A DNA stretch of 57,737 bases from an uncultured virus (IMG/VR IMGVR_UViG_3300032007_000041). Lineage: Duplodnaviria; Heunggongvirae; Uroviricota; Caudoviricetes. Made by a program: the position numbers and the translations under genes. The notes beneath the pieces were generated by a model. It was not told where the DNA came from. It saw only the letters and a list, made by a program, of their open reading frames with translations, and made no database searches. How positions within the stretch are numbered: the stretch's first letter is position 1; the number at the start of each line of letters is the position of its first letter. The stretch lies in IMG/VR virus record IMGVR_UViG_3300032007_000041; one strand, given 5' to 3'. Shown here piece after piece: positions 39,558 to 49,759 of this stretch.

Positions 39558-40904
39558 TCAATTTTCTTTTTTAATAAGACTATTAATAAATGAATTTACG
39601 TCTGTTCCACGCATTTTAGCCATTGTCGTGATATATTTATCGTATTCGTCACGCAAAGCGATTGTACGGCGATACAGAGAGTTTTTGGGGAGTTTCTTTT
39701 TATCTTTTGTCTCCCATTTAGCGGTAACTAAATCAATATTGGTAAACCCTGTAATACTATTAACGAAATAATCGTTGTTTTCTTCTTTCGTTCCTTTGAT
39801 TACAACTTTTCCGTTTTTAAAATCGACAACTTTAAATCCATTGTCTTTATACTGTTCAATATCAGGATAATTATAAATAAGAGATTCTACCAAAATATTG
39901 ATAGCTTTCATATCATTTTTATCAACGTCACCTGTAATTTCAAAACTATTGTCGTACGTCATTTTATCATCTTTACAGAAAGAATGAAAATAGTTCTTAT
40001 CTTTGTTAAAATAGTACTGTGTACTATCATCAAAGAAACCATAGTTGAAACCAATAGGCGTAATCATGCGTACACGCACATTACCATTATTGAAAACGTC
40101 ATTATGGATAGAGTCAAAATTCTTATTCAAGAATTTCTTACTGATTTCAATTTCTTCATTCGTCATTTTTTCAAAATCCTTAAACATCACTTCAAAATAT
40201 TTCTGAAGCGTATTCATATTTTTATCATCTTTCATGGCTCTAAAAATGAAGAAAATCTGTTCAATGACATAGATAGGATAAGGAACATTATCAATGATAA
40301 TTGTGCAATATAACTGCGGAATGATATATTTATTGTATTTGCACAATTTATTAAAAGCATCATCAAAATCATCTTCAGCACTATCCAAAATCATATCTTG
40401 TGGAATACGGAGTCCAAAGATAATAGCGTCATTTCCTTTACGATAAACAACAGATTTGTGAATATCAGGAGCACCATTAATACAGGTATCGACAAATGAA
40501 ACCTCGTTATTTTTTGCATTCAAATACATAGATTTGTATAAATACATATTATCGGAATAATTCTTATTTTTAAATGTGGTAAGTAGACCAATTTTGTGTC
40601 CCATAAAATTATTGAAACAATAAATTGAATAGCTCATACCATTAGAAGCATACATTTTATGCGAATTGATAGTCATAATATTGTACATTTCTACGTTGTC
40701 AATATTATTTTCTTCCATATTATTCACGAAGAAATCTCGTTCACTAGGCGTACAATTGTTTTTGTCGAATTGTCCAATTATAATATCATATTTGTTTTCT
40801 TCATCGCGAATATACTTATGAGTAATAGGATGTTCTGTGAAAGAATTTTCAAGAATTTCATCTTCAATTTGTGTAAACAACTTGTTCATTTTATTTACCT
40901 CCAA
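39558..40904 (-). CDS. early hypothetical protein (paralog of 37956-39422)
   Basis: See the shared motifs listed for 37956; probable start MNKLF after GGAGG. Confidence 0.8.
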   Translation of the reverse strand: MEVNKMNKLFTQIEDEILENSFTEHPITHKYIRDEENKYDIIIGQFDKNNCTPSERDFFVNNMEENNIDNVEMYNIMTINSHKMYASNGMSYSIYCFNNFMGHKIGLLTTFKNKNYSDNMYLYKSMYLNAKNNEVSFVDTCINGAPDIHKSVVYRKGNDAIIFGLRIPQDMILDSAEDDFDDAFNKLCKYNKYIIPQLYCTIIIDNVPYPIYVIEQIFFIFRAMKDDKNMNTLQKYFEVMFKDFEKMTNEEIEISKKFLNKNFDSIHNDVFNNGNVRVRMITPIGFNYGFFDDSTQYYFNKDKNYFHSFCKDDKMTYDNSFEITGDVDKNDMKAINILVESLIYNYPDIEQYKDNGFKVVDFKNGKVVIKGTKEENNDYFVNSITGFTNIDLVTAKWETKDKKKLPKNSLYRRTIALRDEYDKYITTMAKMRGTDVNSFINSLIKKEN

Positions 40905-40934
40905 TTAGTTTTTGTCCTTTTTCTTTGTAATTAT

Positions 40935-40963
40935 ATATTAGCACATAATGTACTGTTTGTCAA
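40935..40963 (-). promoter_or_regulatory. sigma70-type promoter
   Basis: TTGACA-17-TAATAT with TG extension. Confidence 0.65.
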
Positions 40964-41012
40964 CAATTTTAATTAACTTTTTTAAAAAAAGATAACCATT
41001 TTATAGGTTATC

Positions 41013-41498
41013 TTATAATCCATCTTGTATAATGAATAGTTTATAAATTTGTGCCATGTTTCTATGTTGTAAATAAAATTTAAACAAGTCTAATAATAAC
41101 TGTACATCTTCATTATCATAATAATGTTCTTGTAAAAATGTTAGCAATTCACCATATAATTTATCGTTAGAAATTGTATAATTGAAATTCTCCATAGTAG
41201 CTGGTTTTTTGAATTTCCAATTATCGGTAGAAAAGGTAAATGAACGTTCAGAATTCAGTTTATGTATTGTAATCAAATGAATTTTAATACTGTATTTTGC
41301 TACATTATAGTTTATAGTTGGTTTTTCCCTATAAGTTGTAAATTTAGAATAAGTATAGTCTAAACTGTAATCTATTTGAATTTCTATTGATGAACTGATA
41401 ACATGATGAATTAGTTTATATCCTGTAATTTGATAATCTTGAAACATGGAATTGTTTCTCACTTTGATTATATCAGAAGTTTCTATTTTATAATCCAT
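41013..41498 (-). CDS. small protein, C-terminal G-hydrophobic family
   Basis: Ends YKLFIIQDGL*. Confidence 0.65.
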   Translation of the reverse strand: MDYKIETSDIIKVRNNSMFQDYQITGYKLIHHVISSSIEIQIDYSLDYTYSKFTTYREKPTINYNVAKYSIKIHLITIHKLNSERSFTFSTDNWKFKKPATMENFNYTISNDKLYGELLTFLQEHYYDNEDVQLLLDLFKFYLQHRNMAQIYKLFIIQDGL

Positions 41499-41612
41499 AT
41501 TTTTTTACTCCCATTAATTGTACTTAATTTATTATTTTATGTTTATGTAATAAATAACAGTACAAAGATGAAAAAAGGTATAAAAATAATCATATATTTA
41601 TAATTATATGAT

Positions 41613-42005
41613 TTATTTTTTTGACATTTTCATAAAATCTATAAAAGATTTTATATAGTTGTTGTAATAAGCAGGAAAATTATAAATAGATTGATACCAA
41701 ATAAAATGATTTTCACATTTTTCTTTGTAATTGACTAATATATCAACAATAAAATGTTGATTTGTAGAATAAAAAAAGTTTATATGATATTTATATTGGT
41801 TTATATATAGCAAGTATTCATAAGAAATATTCAACATGTTTACATTTGATGCTGGTGCAACAACAATTTTTTTTGTAAAATGAATAGAAATAACAAAATT
41901 ATATAATTTTATATATAGTTGATATAGTATCGTTATAATTGAATTAATGGGAGAATATATAATCATTAAAAATTGTAATATATCTTTCATAGTATTATAT
42001 TCCAT
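41613..42005 (-). CDS. hypothetical protein, hydrophobic N-terminus
   Basis: 130-aa ORF in operon order; may be truncated. Confidence 0.45.
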   Translation of the reverse strand: MEYNTMKDILQFLMIIYSPINSIITILYQLYIKLYNFVISIHFTKKIVVAPASNVNMLNISYEYLLYINQYKYHINFFYSTNQHFIVDILVNYKEKCENHFIWYQSIYNFPAYYNNYIKSFIDFMKMSKK

Positions 42006-42432
42006 GAAACATAATATATCGTTTATATAATAAATTCTTATCCATATATTTTAAGAAATATGTGGGATAGGTTTGTTTTATCATGTTTTGATATATGTGT
42101 GGATTATCCTCTGTATGAATAGAATATAATAAAGTATCAAGTGATTTTCGCATTTGATGTTTATTTAAATATGGTGGTTTCATAAATGATATAGACATAG
42201 CAACATTTTTTTCATAACATGATATATGTAAACGTATATGTATATCTAAATCTAATTTATTTACATATACAATATATTGAAAACGATATACATCGTATGT
42301 ATTTTTTGATATACTTGTATCAGTGGTATATATATCATATGTATCGCATAATAATATATATAATGATTTGGGTATTTGTGATTTGGGTATTTGTGATTTA
42401 AAATTTTTAACGGAAAGAAAATGCATAATCAC
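41995..42432 (-). CDS. small protein, C-terminal G-hydrophobic family
   Basis: Ends YKRYIMFHGI*; KSQIP tandem duplication. Confidence 0.65.
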   Translation of the reverse strand: MIMHFLSVKNFKSQIPKSQIPKSLYILLCDTYDIYTTDTSISKNTYDVYRFQYIVYVNKLDLDIHIRLHISCYEKNVAMSISFMKPPYLNKHQMRKSLDTLLYSIHTEDNPHIYQNMIKQTYPTYFLKYMDKNLLYKRYIMFHGI

Positions 42433-43031
42433 ATACCTACTTTCTGAATTGATTTTATAATAAATTTGTTGTAGTCTTTCTTTACATATTTATTGAAAGA
42501 ATATTTAATAAAACAGTAAATAAAAATATATTCACAAATCATACTAATTAAATCCATGTTTGTTGATTTAATATATGATTTTATAGATTTTGATAAAGCA
42601 TGATAATCCGTTTCAAAATTTATAGCATTGTTTTGGTCAAAACAATGTTTATTATATTTTATTTTGATATTTGGATAATAATATACTAAGTCATCTTTAA
42701 TATTAAAGTTTTTTAAATAAAAAAATACACTAGTAGATTTATTGAATAACAAAATGTTATAAAATTTTGTTGAAAGTAGATTGAAATCTTTATATTTATT
42801 CATATTCTTCTTATTAAAATCAAAATATTTATCTAGTCTTTTTATAGCTAATTCACAAATACCATATTTATCTTTCATATAAGTTAATTGTTCTGTTTCT
42901 TCATATATTTTAGAATATAGTATAATGTACAATAAATTAATTGGTAATGTAATAATATGAAATAATGGTATAATAATATTATACCATTTATTGATAATCC
43001 AATTAAATAGGTTCTTTAAATGCCAAAACAT
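42429..43031 (-). CDS. protein, C-terminal G-hydrophobic family
   Basis: Ends IIKSIQKVGM*. Confidence 0.55.
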   Translation of the reverse strand: MFWHLKNLFNWIINKWYNIIIPLFHIITLPINLLYIILYSKIYEETEQLTYMKDKYGICELAIKRLDKYFDFNKKNMNKYKDFNLLSTKFYNILLFNKSTSVFFYLKNFNIKDDLVYYYPNIKIKYNKHCFDQNNAINFETDYHALSKSIKSYIKSTNMDLISMICEYIFIYCFIKYSFNKYVKKDYNKFIIKSIQKVGM

Positions 43032-43417
43032 TTTGTCACATCATCCATTGTAAAATGAGGAAAATTTTTTAAAGCGTTTGGCTGAACTTCGTAATAAGAA
43101 GATAAATCGTGACGAATAAAATCAGTTAAAATATTCTTCATTTTGATATGCAGTTTATTTTTATTTTTTTCAGTCAAAAAATATTTATATGTTTTTGTCC
43201 AAAATTCATTCATGCAATATGTACAATAAAAATATTGTTTATCAAAATTATAATTAATTGTATATATTACATTAGTTGTATTATTAGAGATATGGTTATG
43301 ACCAAAAAGTTCAATAGTTTCTTTATTTGCATAAAAAATTTGTTGTTCCCATGTACTTGTTTCGTTCATTAAAGACGTAGTAATAAAACCTTTTTTGTAA
43401 ACGTTTTTTATAACCAT
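43016..43417 (-). CDS. small protein, C-terminal G-hydrophobic family (paralog of 43430)
   Basis: YTINY, NFPHFT..DVTKCFGI*. Confidence 0.7.
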   Translation of the reverse strand: MVIKNVYKKGFITTSLMNETSTWEQQIFYANKETIELFGHNHISNNTTNVIYTINYNFDKQYFYCTYCMNEFWTKTYKYFLTEKNKNKLHIKMKNILTDFIRHDLSSYYEVQPNALKNFPHFTMDDVTKCFGI

Positions 43418-43429
43418 AATTAGTACCTC

Positions 43430-43840
43430 TTATAAGCCAAAAGTTTTTACAATAATTTCTTTGGTAATGTGTGGAAAGTTCATAATATAATTTTTTGTAT
43501 ATCGAACTTTTTCATGATGATAATTTTTTAGTTTATCTACTAAAATATTTTCTAATTTTTTATAAAGAACTTTTTCTTTATTATAATCACAAATATATCT
43601 ATGTTCATCAAAACCACAATCATCTATTGCATATACCATATACAGAGTATTGTCATTATAATCAAAATTGATTGTATACTCTAAAATATGGTCACTTTCA
43701 GAATAAAAATAGCAATTGTACATAGAAAAATAGCAACTGTACATAGGAATGGATTGTTTAGAATGATAGATTTGTTGATTTTTCCATCTATCTATTTCTC
43801 TTTGTGATACAAATGTATTATGGTAATTGATAATAGGCAT
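43430..43840 (-). CDS. small protein, C-terminal G-hydrophobic family (paralog of 43016)
   Basis: YTINF, NFPHIT..IIVKTFGL*; AAGGAG RBS. Confidence 0.7.
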   Translation of the reverse strand: MPIINYHNTFVSQREIDRWKNQQIYHSKQSIPMYSCYFSMYNCYFYSESDHILEYTINFDYNDNTLYMVYAIDDCGFDEHRYICDYNKEKVLYKKLENILVDKLKNYHHEKVRYTKNYIMNFPHITKEIIVKTFGL

Positions 43841-43876
43841 TTGTGATTATCTCCTTTCTTTGTTTTTATATATTAT

Positions 43877-43906
43877 ATTATATCACTTATACAGTATATT
43901 TGTCAA
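43877..43906 (-). promoter_or_regulatory. sigma70-type promoter
   Basis: TTGACA-18-TATAAT with TG extension. Confidence 0.7.
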
Positions 43907-43923
43907 CATTTTTTTTAAATAAC

Positions 43924-43953
43924 AAATCCCTTATGTAAATACATAAGGGATTT
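43924..43953 (-). terminator. intrinsic terminator
   Basis: AAATCCCTTATGTA/TACATAAGGGATTT. Confidence 0.75.
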
Positions 43954-43956
43954 TTG

Positions 43957-44319
43957 TTATAATATCTGTGGCGAAAACCCCACGGGCTTGCCCGTGGGTA
44001 TTAGTGAGTTCGTAGAAGTTACATTAATTCGTTTACCATGAACAATTTCCTTTAAATTACGTGATACACCTGTATAATTTTCAAGTGGTTTTTGTTCATT
44101 TACTTGAAAATCGCTTGATACAGTTTGGTGAGAAAATGTTTTTGGAAGTGATAAACGATTTAACTCTGCACATATTCCATCAATGTAATCAATTTTTTCT
44201 TGCAGACGTGTTTGCAATAACTCTTTTTCTCTCTTTAATAACATATATTGAGTTTCTAAATTTTTATATTTAGCTTTTAATTCAATATATTTATCGTTTA
44301 TATCATATATATTACTCAT
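43957..44319 (-). CDS. coiled-coil hypothetical protein; 3' end reads through a GC-rich hairpin
   Basis: AAGGAG RBS; ends IPTGKPVGFSPQIL across CCCACGGGC-aa-GCCCGTGGG. Confidence 0.6.
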   Translation of the reverse strand: MSNIYDINDKYIELKAKYKNLETQYMLLKREKELLQTRLQEKIDYIDGICAELNRLSLPKTFSHQTVSSDFQVNEQKPLENYTGVSRNLKEIVHGKRINVTSTNSLIPTGKPVGFSPQIL

Positions 44320-44330
44320 TTCAAAACTCC

Positions 44331-46190
44331 TTATTTAAGTAGTTTAATTAATTCTTCTTCTGTAATAATTGGAATATTTAATCGACGAGCTTTATTAGCT
44401 TTTGTTGAAGTTGATGTTTTATTATTCATAACTAAATAATTGGTTTTTTTAGTAACTGTGCCTGTTACTTTATACCCTTTTGCTTCTATCAAATTAATAT
44501 ATTCTGTACGAGGTTTTGATAATGTACCTGTGATAACAAAAGATAAATTTTTGGTTTCTATTTCGTTATCAATTGGAGTAATATATTTACGTAATTCTTC
44601 CATTTCAGAAATAAATTTATCTGAAATTAATTTTTTTGCGGTTTTTTCACCAATACCATCAATAAAGGTTAAATCAGATTTTGTTGTAAGAATAGCATAT
44701 AATTTATCATAAGAATGAAATGTATGCGCAAGTAATTTTCCAACATTAATTCCAATATCAATAAATCCAATGGAAGATATAAATACTTCTAATGGTAATT
44801 CCTTAACAGATTTGATTTCATTGAAAAGATTTTGAGAACTTTTTTCTGCAAATCCATCTAATTGTTTGATTTGTTGTAACGTTAAATTGAATATATCTGT
44901 TGGTTTATTTACAAATCCTTTATCAATTAATTTAATAATAGTTTGTTCGGATAAACCTTTTACGTTAATATTTTTCTTAGAAAACATATATTCAATTCTA
45001 CTTACAAGTTTACCTTTACAGGTATCATTTGTACAAATTAGATTATATGAATTTGTATTTGTATTCTGCTTTGTCAATGGTTGTCCACAAGAAGGACAAG
45101 TAGAAGGAATAGTTAGTTTTTCTCCATTAGATGATTGAATTTTTTGTGTAATTTTTGGGATAATTTTATTGGCTTTAATAACCATAATAGTATCACCAAT
45201 ATGAAAATCAAAATATTCTGCAATACCTGCATTTGATAATGTGGCTTGTGATACTGTTGTACCTTCTAATTGAATCGGGTCAAAAATAGCAATTGGAGTA
45301 ATACATTCCTTTCCAACTTGCCATTTAATGTCTCTAATTGTTGTTGTTTTTGCTTCGTCCTGTGCTTTATAGGCAAAAGCATTAAGTGGGTGATGAACAG
45401 TAGAACCAAATTTTTCTAGGCTATGTTCAATATTTGATTTAACAACAATACCATCAATAGGAATATCTTTGTTAATGTTATCTTGATACATTTGTTCAAT
45501 GTATATAATAATTCTATCTGATGAACAATTTGGTAATAAGTATGATACTGTATTGAACGAAGTATTTTCTTCAATATATTTTAATTTATCCAATTCACTT
45601 TTATCATAGCCTATTACATCATAAGCTAGAAATTGGATTTTATCGAGGTAGGGACTTTTATCCAATCTACGTAAAATACCTGCTGCTGCATTTCTTGCGT
45701 TGGCAAAAAGTGGCTGGTTTTGTTTTTTTTGTTGTTCATTAATCCATTCAAAATCAGACTGCGTTAAAAATGCTTCTCCACGAATAGGATATTCAGAATG
45801 ATTTGGTTCACATGGGAAATTGTTAAGAACTTCACCATTTGAACCATTACCTCTTGTAACAAATTCTCCATTCGGATAAGCAACAATGGTTAATCCATCT
45901 AGTTTTAATTCAAGTACTACAGGGTATAGTTTTTTAATAGTTTTATTTAGTTTTTCTTTTTCATAAAATTTGATTTTATCCAACGAATTTATATTAGTAG
46001 GATGTTTAAAAGGTTTTAATCCTTTTTTAATATGTCCTGAAATATAATCTAATTCTTTTTTACCAAAATGAGTGATGAACTCATTACGGAGATTATCGTA
46101 ATCTTCATCACTCATAATTGGGTTATCATTATCATAATATGCTATATCTGCATTTTTGATTTTTTGAAGTAATGTATCATGTAAAATCAT
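44331..46190 (-). CDS. ligA: NAD-dependent DNA ligase
   Basis: AYY..D.P..SD..YD, KLDG adenylation motif, TRGNG, RGEA, RNAAAG, DGIVVK, CPSCG zinc finger, HhH motifs, C-terminal BRCT. Confidence 0.96.
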   Translation of the reverse strand: MILHDTLLQKIKNADIAYYDNDNPIMSDEDYDNLRNEFITHFGKKELDYISGHIKKGLKPFKHPTNINSLDKIKFYEKEKLNKTIKKLYPVVLELKLDGLTIVAYPNGEFVTRGNGSNGEVLNNFPCEPNHSEYPIRGEAFLTQSDFEWINEQQKKQNQPLFANARNAAAGILRRLDKSPYLDKIQFLAYDVIGYDKSELDKLKYIEENTSFNTVSYLLPNCSSDRIIIYIEQMYQDNINKDIPIDGIVVKSNIEHSLEKFGSTVHHPLNAFAYKAQDEAKTTTIRDIKWQVGKECITPIAIFDPIQLEGTTVSQATLSNAGIAEYFDFHIGDTIMVIKANKIIPKITQKIQSSNGEKLTIPSTCPSCGQPLTKQNTNTNSYNLICTNDTCKGKLVSRIEYMFSKKNINVKGLSEQTIIKLIDKGFVNKPTDIFNLTLQQIKQLDGFAEKSSQNLFNEIKSVKELPLEVFISSIGFIDIGINVGKLLAHTFHSYDKLYAILTTKSDLTFIDGIGEKTAKKLISDKFISEMEELRKYITPIDNEIETKNLSFVITGTLSKPRTEYINLIEAKGYKVTGTVTKKTNYLVMNNKTSTSTKANKARRLNIPIITEEELIKLLK

Positions 46191-46588
46191 TATTTATCTT
46201 CTCCAATCAATTCTCCATGATATGAAAGATAATTCAAACATTTATCAACGGCTTTAGCAAACTGCTTAGTGTTATTGTTTGTACAATGATTATAAGCATA
46301 TCCGTTTGCGTTTTTAAGAATTTTTGGAACGTCTTTCATAGATATAAATGCTTCACAGAATTTATCTTTTTCTGATTTGAATAAGCATCTATTATTATCG
46401 GTTACATCATCTACACGATAATTGACCAGCAATTTATCATTTTTTTGCGCAATATCAATCACATATTGATATCTAAATGCGTCCGATGTGAAGAAAAACA
46501 ATTGTCGAATGAGTTGACCATCAATATTCTTACTGTTACATTTGTGACGAAAAGTAACTTTGTAATTCATAACACTTATCCTTTCCAA
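46190..46588 (-). CDS. hypothetical protein
   Basis: 132-aa ORF coupled to the ligase start. Confidence 0.65.
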   Translation of the reverse strand: MERISVMNYKVTFRHKCNSKNIDGQLIRQLFFFTSDAFRYQYVIDIAQKNDKLLVNYRVDDVTDNNRCLFKSEKDKFCEAFISMKDVPKILKNANGYAYNHCTNNNTKQFAKAVDKCLNYLSYHGELIGEDK

Positions 46589-46938
46589 TATGACATATTA
46601 TTTGTATTCAGATATAGATAAATATAATTTTCATCTTTATCTACTGTAGGACTACAATTATCCATTTGACCTATATTTTTCATTATCAATGAATTGTGTA
46701 ATTCTGATGAAATACGCCAATACTCTGCATCGTTAATGAACGTAATATATGGGTCATGCAATGAATGTTGTTTGACTAAATTAGCAAATATAATCATAAT
46801 AATGTTTCGACAAAAAACCTCTAATGTATGGTTCAAGAAATATTTATGATTATCTGAATTGGCATCAAGAAACTCTTCCAATGATTGTTTAATCACTTTA
46901 ATGTATTTTTTGTTTTTTACAATAATTTCTACAATCAA
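46576..46938 (-). CDS. hypothetical protein
   Basis: 120 aa, AAGGTGG RBS. Confidence 0.6.
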   Translation of the reverse strand: MIVEIIVKNKKYIKVIKQSLEEFLDANSDNHKYFLNHTLEVFCRNIIMIIFANLVKQHSLHDPYITFINDAEYWRISSELHNSLIMKNIGQMDNCSPTVDKDENYIYLYLNTNNMSYWKG

Positions 46939-46952
46939 TTTTATACCACCTT

Positions 46953-48521
46953 TTAACAGATAATTGTTTCTTCAATGTCACGTTTGTAATCCTTGTTATA
47001 AGGAATATATGCACGGAGTTTATTCATACGGTCAAGATAAAAGCATACCTTACCATTATCATAATCCATTACATTATATACCAAATCATCATCAGTTTCA
47101 ACAATATTCGTATTGAATTTTAGACCATTTACTTCTTCTCTCAAATCGTCAGGAGGAACTTCTGAAAGGATATCGGTTGTAAGGTGTTTAAGCAAATCGT
47201 CTTTACCGAATTTACGTGCATGACGCAAGTCATATACTGCAAATTCTTCTTGTTCTTCTTCAATGCGAACAAAAACATTTTCATTGACTTTGCCAATGTC
47301 AATATATGGCGTTTTGTATTTATCTTCAATCAAATGTCCGTGATAAAAAGAATTGTTTTCATATGGGATTTTGTATTTTGGATTGTTATCTTTATCCAAA
47401 TATACAAATACATAGAAATCGTGATAACCATCAATATGGCACTTTACTTTATAAAAGTATACATGTTCATACTGAATATTTTCTTCTCCACATTCTGCCA
47501 TCTTTTCATCATCAATTTTGGTTTCAATTGTAACGGAATGCTTTAGTTTCATTTCCAACTCTTTTTTGAGCCAATTCAAGTTAAAAGAGTTTTTAATTTC
47601 ATCATGAGAACTTTCTTTGGCTTCTACCTTTTCATCTTTAATTTTCTCTACAGGAATACCATTCCATTTGAATAGATTTACACGAGAAAATTTATTTCTG
47701 CAAATACCTTTACGAATAATTCCTTTGCGGAAATCTTTGTCCATTTTTTTGAAGTCTGCGTAATCAATTTCTTTGTTACTTTTTGGTTCAATGGTAAAAC
47801 GGTTAAGGTTATTTCCAATAACAGGAATGTAAAGTCTTAAAGTGTTTTTGTTATCAATGAAAATGTAGCCAAAGAAATCTAAATTATCTTTAGAAGAAAA
47901 ACGCATTACCAAGTGTGGGACAATATCGTTTGAAAAATATTCAACTTTTACATTAGTAATGTCATCATAATCAATGGCAACGATACAATCTTTGTATACA
48001 AAGTCTAAGATGCTTGCATCCATATCTTTATTATATACATATTCGATGTACTTATCGAATTGTTCTTTATCAATAGTAGCATAGCTAACCATTTGCTTGC
48101 GAGAACGACCAGGACAAATATGCTTATGAAAATCATCATAAATATTGTGAATACTGTCTTTACTATCGAACCATTTGCTTAATTCAGTAGAATCAAGAGG
48201 AATAGCATGACGAATGTGGTTTTTATCTTCCTTAGAAAGAAAATTGTGTTTTGGGATATATGCGCGCAACTTATCGTTTATATCATAGTACAAAACAAAG
48301 AATACAGGCATTTCGTCCGATTTATGAGCACTACAAAGATATGTATATGTTCCTTTTGCATAATACATAAAATTGTCGAAAGTCATATCAACTTTTTTAA
48401 AGTCTGATTTAACTTTTTTGTAAAGTTTATCCAAATTATCCATTTCATTCAGAACATCTTCACTTGTTTTGTCCATCGTCATGCGTTTCATTTTTATTCT
48501 CCTTATCTTCTTCGGTATCAT
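46953..48521 (-). CDS. protein with four internal repeats of a [YF]xD...LRAYIP domain
   Basis: YYDINDKLRAYIP, FIDNKNTLRLYIP, YLDKDNNPKYKIP, YLDRMNKLRAYIP; probable start MKRMT. Confidence 0.75.
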   Translation of the reverse strand: MIPKKIRRIKMKRMTMDKTSEDVLNEMDNLDKLYKKVKSDFKKVDMTFDNFMYYAKGTYTYLCSAHKSDEMPVFFVLYYDINDKLRAYIPKHNFLSKEDKNHIRHAIPLDSTELSKWFDSKDSIHNIYDDFHKHICPGRSRKQMVSYATIDKEQFDKYIEYVYNKDMDASILDFVYKDCIVAIDYDDITNVKVEYFSNDIVPHLVMRFSSKDNLDFFGYIFIDNKNTLRLYIPVIGNNLNRFTIEPKSNKEIDYADFKKMDKDFRKGIIRKGICRNKFSRVNLFKWNGIPVEKIKDEKVEAKESSHDEIKNSFNLNWLKKELEMKLKHSVTIETKIDDEKMAECGEENIQYEHVYFYKVKCHIDGYHDFYVFVYLDKDNNPKYKIPYENNSFYHGHLIEDKYKTPYIDIGKVNENVFVRIEEEQEEFAVYDLRHARKFGKDDLLKHLTTDILSEVPPDDLREEVNGLKFNTNIVETDDDLVYNVMDYDNGKVCFYLDRMNKLRAYIPYNKDYKRDIEETIIC

Positions 48522-48654
48522 GATAATTAAATAATACTTTAGTTACCCTGACAATTGTATTACAAATCAAAAATAAAAGAAAGAAGGTTAATATTGGACT
48601 ATTATTCATAAAATCAAATATCGTCATTATTTTCCCTCTCTTTCTTTGAGCCAA
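48460..48654 (-). CDS. small membrane protein
   Basis: SPILTFFLLFLICNTIV hydrophobic segment. Confidence 0.55.
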   Translation of the reverse strand: MAQRKRGKIMTIFDFMNNSPILTFFLLFLICNTIVRVTKVLFNYHDTEEDKENKNETHDDGQNK

Positions 48655-49082
48655 ACCAATGTTTCAAGACGATTTTGTATAACATCTGATTTTCGTTTAC
48701 AATCAACAATGTTAATTTTATTTAGCTTATATGCTTCTTCTATTTTATATAAAAGTTCTCTTTGATATTCAATTTCTTTGTCTAAATCAATTTTTGTGTT
48801 CTTATTTTTAAAAAGAAGTAATTTATCAGAAATATCCAAATCTGGCATTTTAATATTAATGGTTTTGCTAATATGTATATATTTCAAATAGATATATACT
48901 CCAAATGAGACAATTGAAATTGTTGTACTCACAAATCCAATGATAATCATATAACACATAGAATTAAGTATAACACTATCCGCATTATGTGGCATTGGAA
49001 ATGCAGAATAACAAAATAATGGTGTAAATGTCAATATCATTCCTACTATAAAACTAGTTTGTGTAAATCGTTTTAAATTCAT
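48627..49082 (-). CDS. membrane protein with two TM helices
   Basis: Two hydrophobic segments; AAGGAG RBS; first gene after a promoter. Confidence 0.7.
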   Translation of the reverse strand: MNLKRFTQTSFIVGMILTFTPLFCYSAFPMPHNADSVILNSMCYMIIIGFVSTTISIVSFGVYIYLKYIHISKTINIKMPDLDISDKLLLFKNKNTKIDLDKEIEYQRELLYKIEEAYKLNKINIVDCKRKSDVIQNRLETLVWLKEREGK

Positions 49083-49106
49083 TGTTTATCTCTCCTTTTC
49101 TCATAT

Positions 49107-49135
49107 ATTGTAACATATTATTTGGAATTTGTCAA
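49107..49135 (-). promoter_or_regulatory. sigma70-type promoter
   Basis: TTGACA-17-TACAAT with TG extension. Confidence 0.75.
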
Positions 49136-49163
49136 CACTTTTAACTTTTCTTATAAAGAAATA

Positions 49164-49188
49164 AGGTAGTACGTGAATTGTACTACCT
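49164..49188 (-). terminator. intrinsic terminator
   Basis: AGGTAGTAC/GTACTACCT hairpin. Confidence 0.65.
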
Positions 49189-49189
49189 G

Positions 49190-49405
49190 TTATATTCCAT
49201 AAAAAATTATATAGTTAAATTTAATTATTTCTTCAGATTCTTTTTTAGGACAATTTGAATGTTGAGTACTAAAATTAGATGCTTTGCAACTCCAAACACT
49301 TTTATTATATATATTATATACTGTACCTACAGTATTATATAAATCATGTTCGTTTTGATTTATATATACTGTAACATCATTATTACAAGAATATTTCCAT
49401 TTCAT
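49190..49405 (-). CDS. small protein, C-terminal G-hydrophobic family
   Basis: Ends KFNYIIFYGI*. Confidence 0.55.
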   Translation of the reverse strand: MKWKYSCNNDVTVYINQNEHDLYNTVGTVYNIYNKSVWSCKASNFSTQHSNCPKKESEEIIKFNYIIFYGI

Positions 49406-49408
49406 CTT

Positions 49409-49756
49409 TCACATCCCCCAACAATATACAATATATGATTTTAAATTTTGAGGTGTTGTTACATTTTGTGATAATTCTTTAATTGTTTGTGTAATTTCGT
49501 GTGGATAACATTTTATATTCCTAACTTTTCTTAGATATATTGTATCATTACCATGATTATAAGCAAAGCAAAAAGTATTAGTATATTTCAAAGAGCACTC
49601 TTTAAATAAATTAATTAAAATTTTCCATTCTTTTTCAAAACAAACTATAATAGAGATTCTATATTCTGTATTCTGATAATGTCTCAAATCAAATCCACAT
49701 TGATATGAGTAACGTGGAAAAACATTATGAAAATTTGGCAAATAATAATAATACAT
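49409..49756 (-). CDS. small protein, C-terminal G-hydrophobic family
   Basis: Ends KSYIVYCWGM*. Confidence 0.65.
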   Translation of the reverse strand: MYYYYLPNFHNVFPRYSYQCGFDLRHYQNTEYRISIIVCFEKEWKILINLFKECSLKYTNTFCFAYNHGNDTIYLRKVRNIKCYPHEITQTIKELSQNVTTPQNLKSYIVYCWGM

Positions 49757-49759
49757 ATA

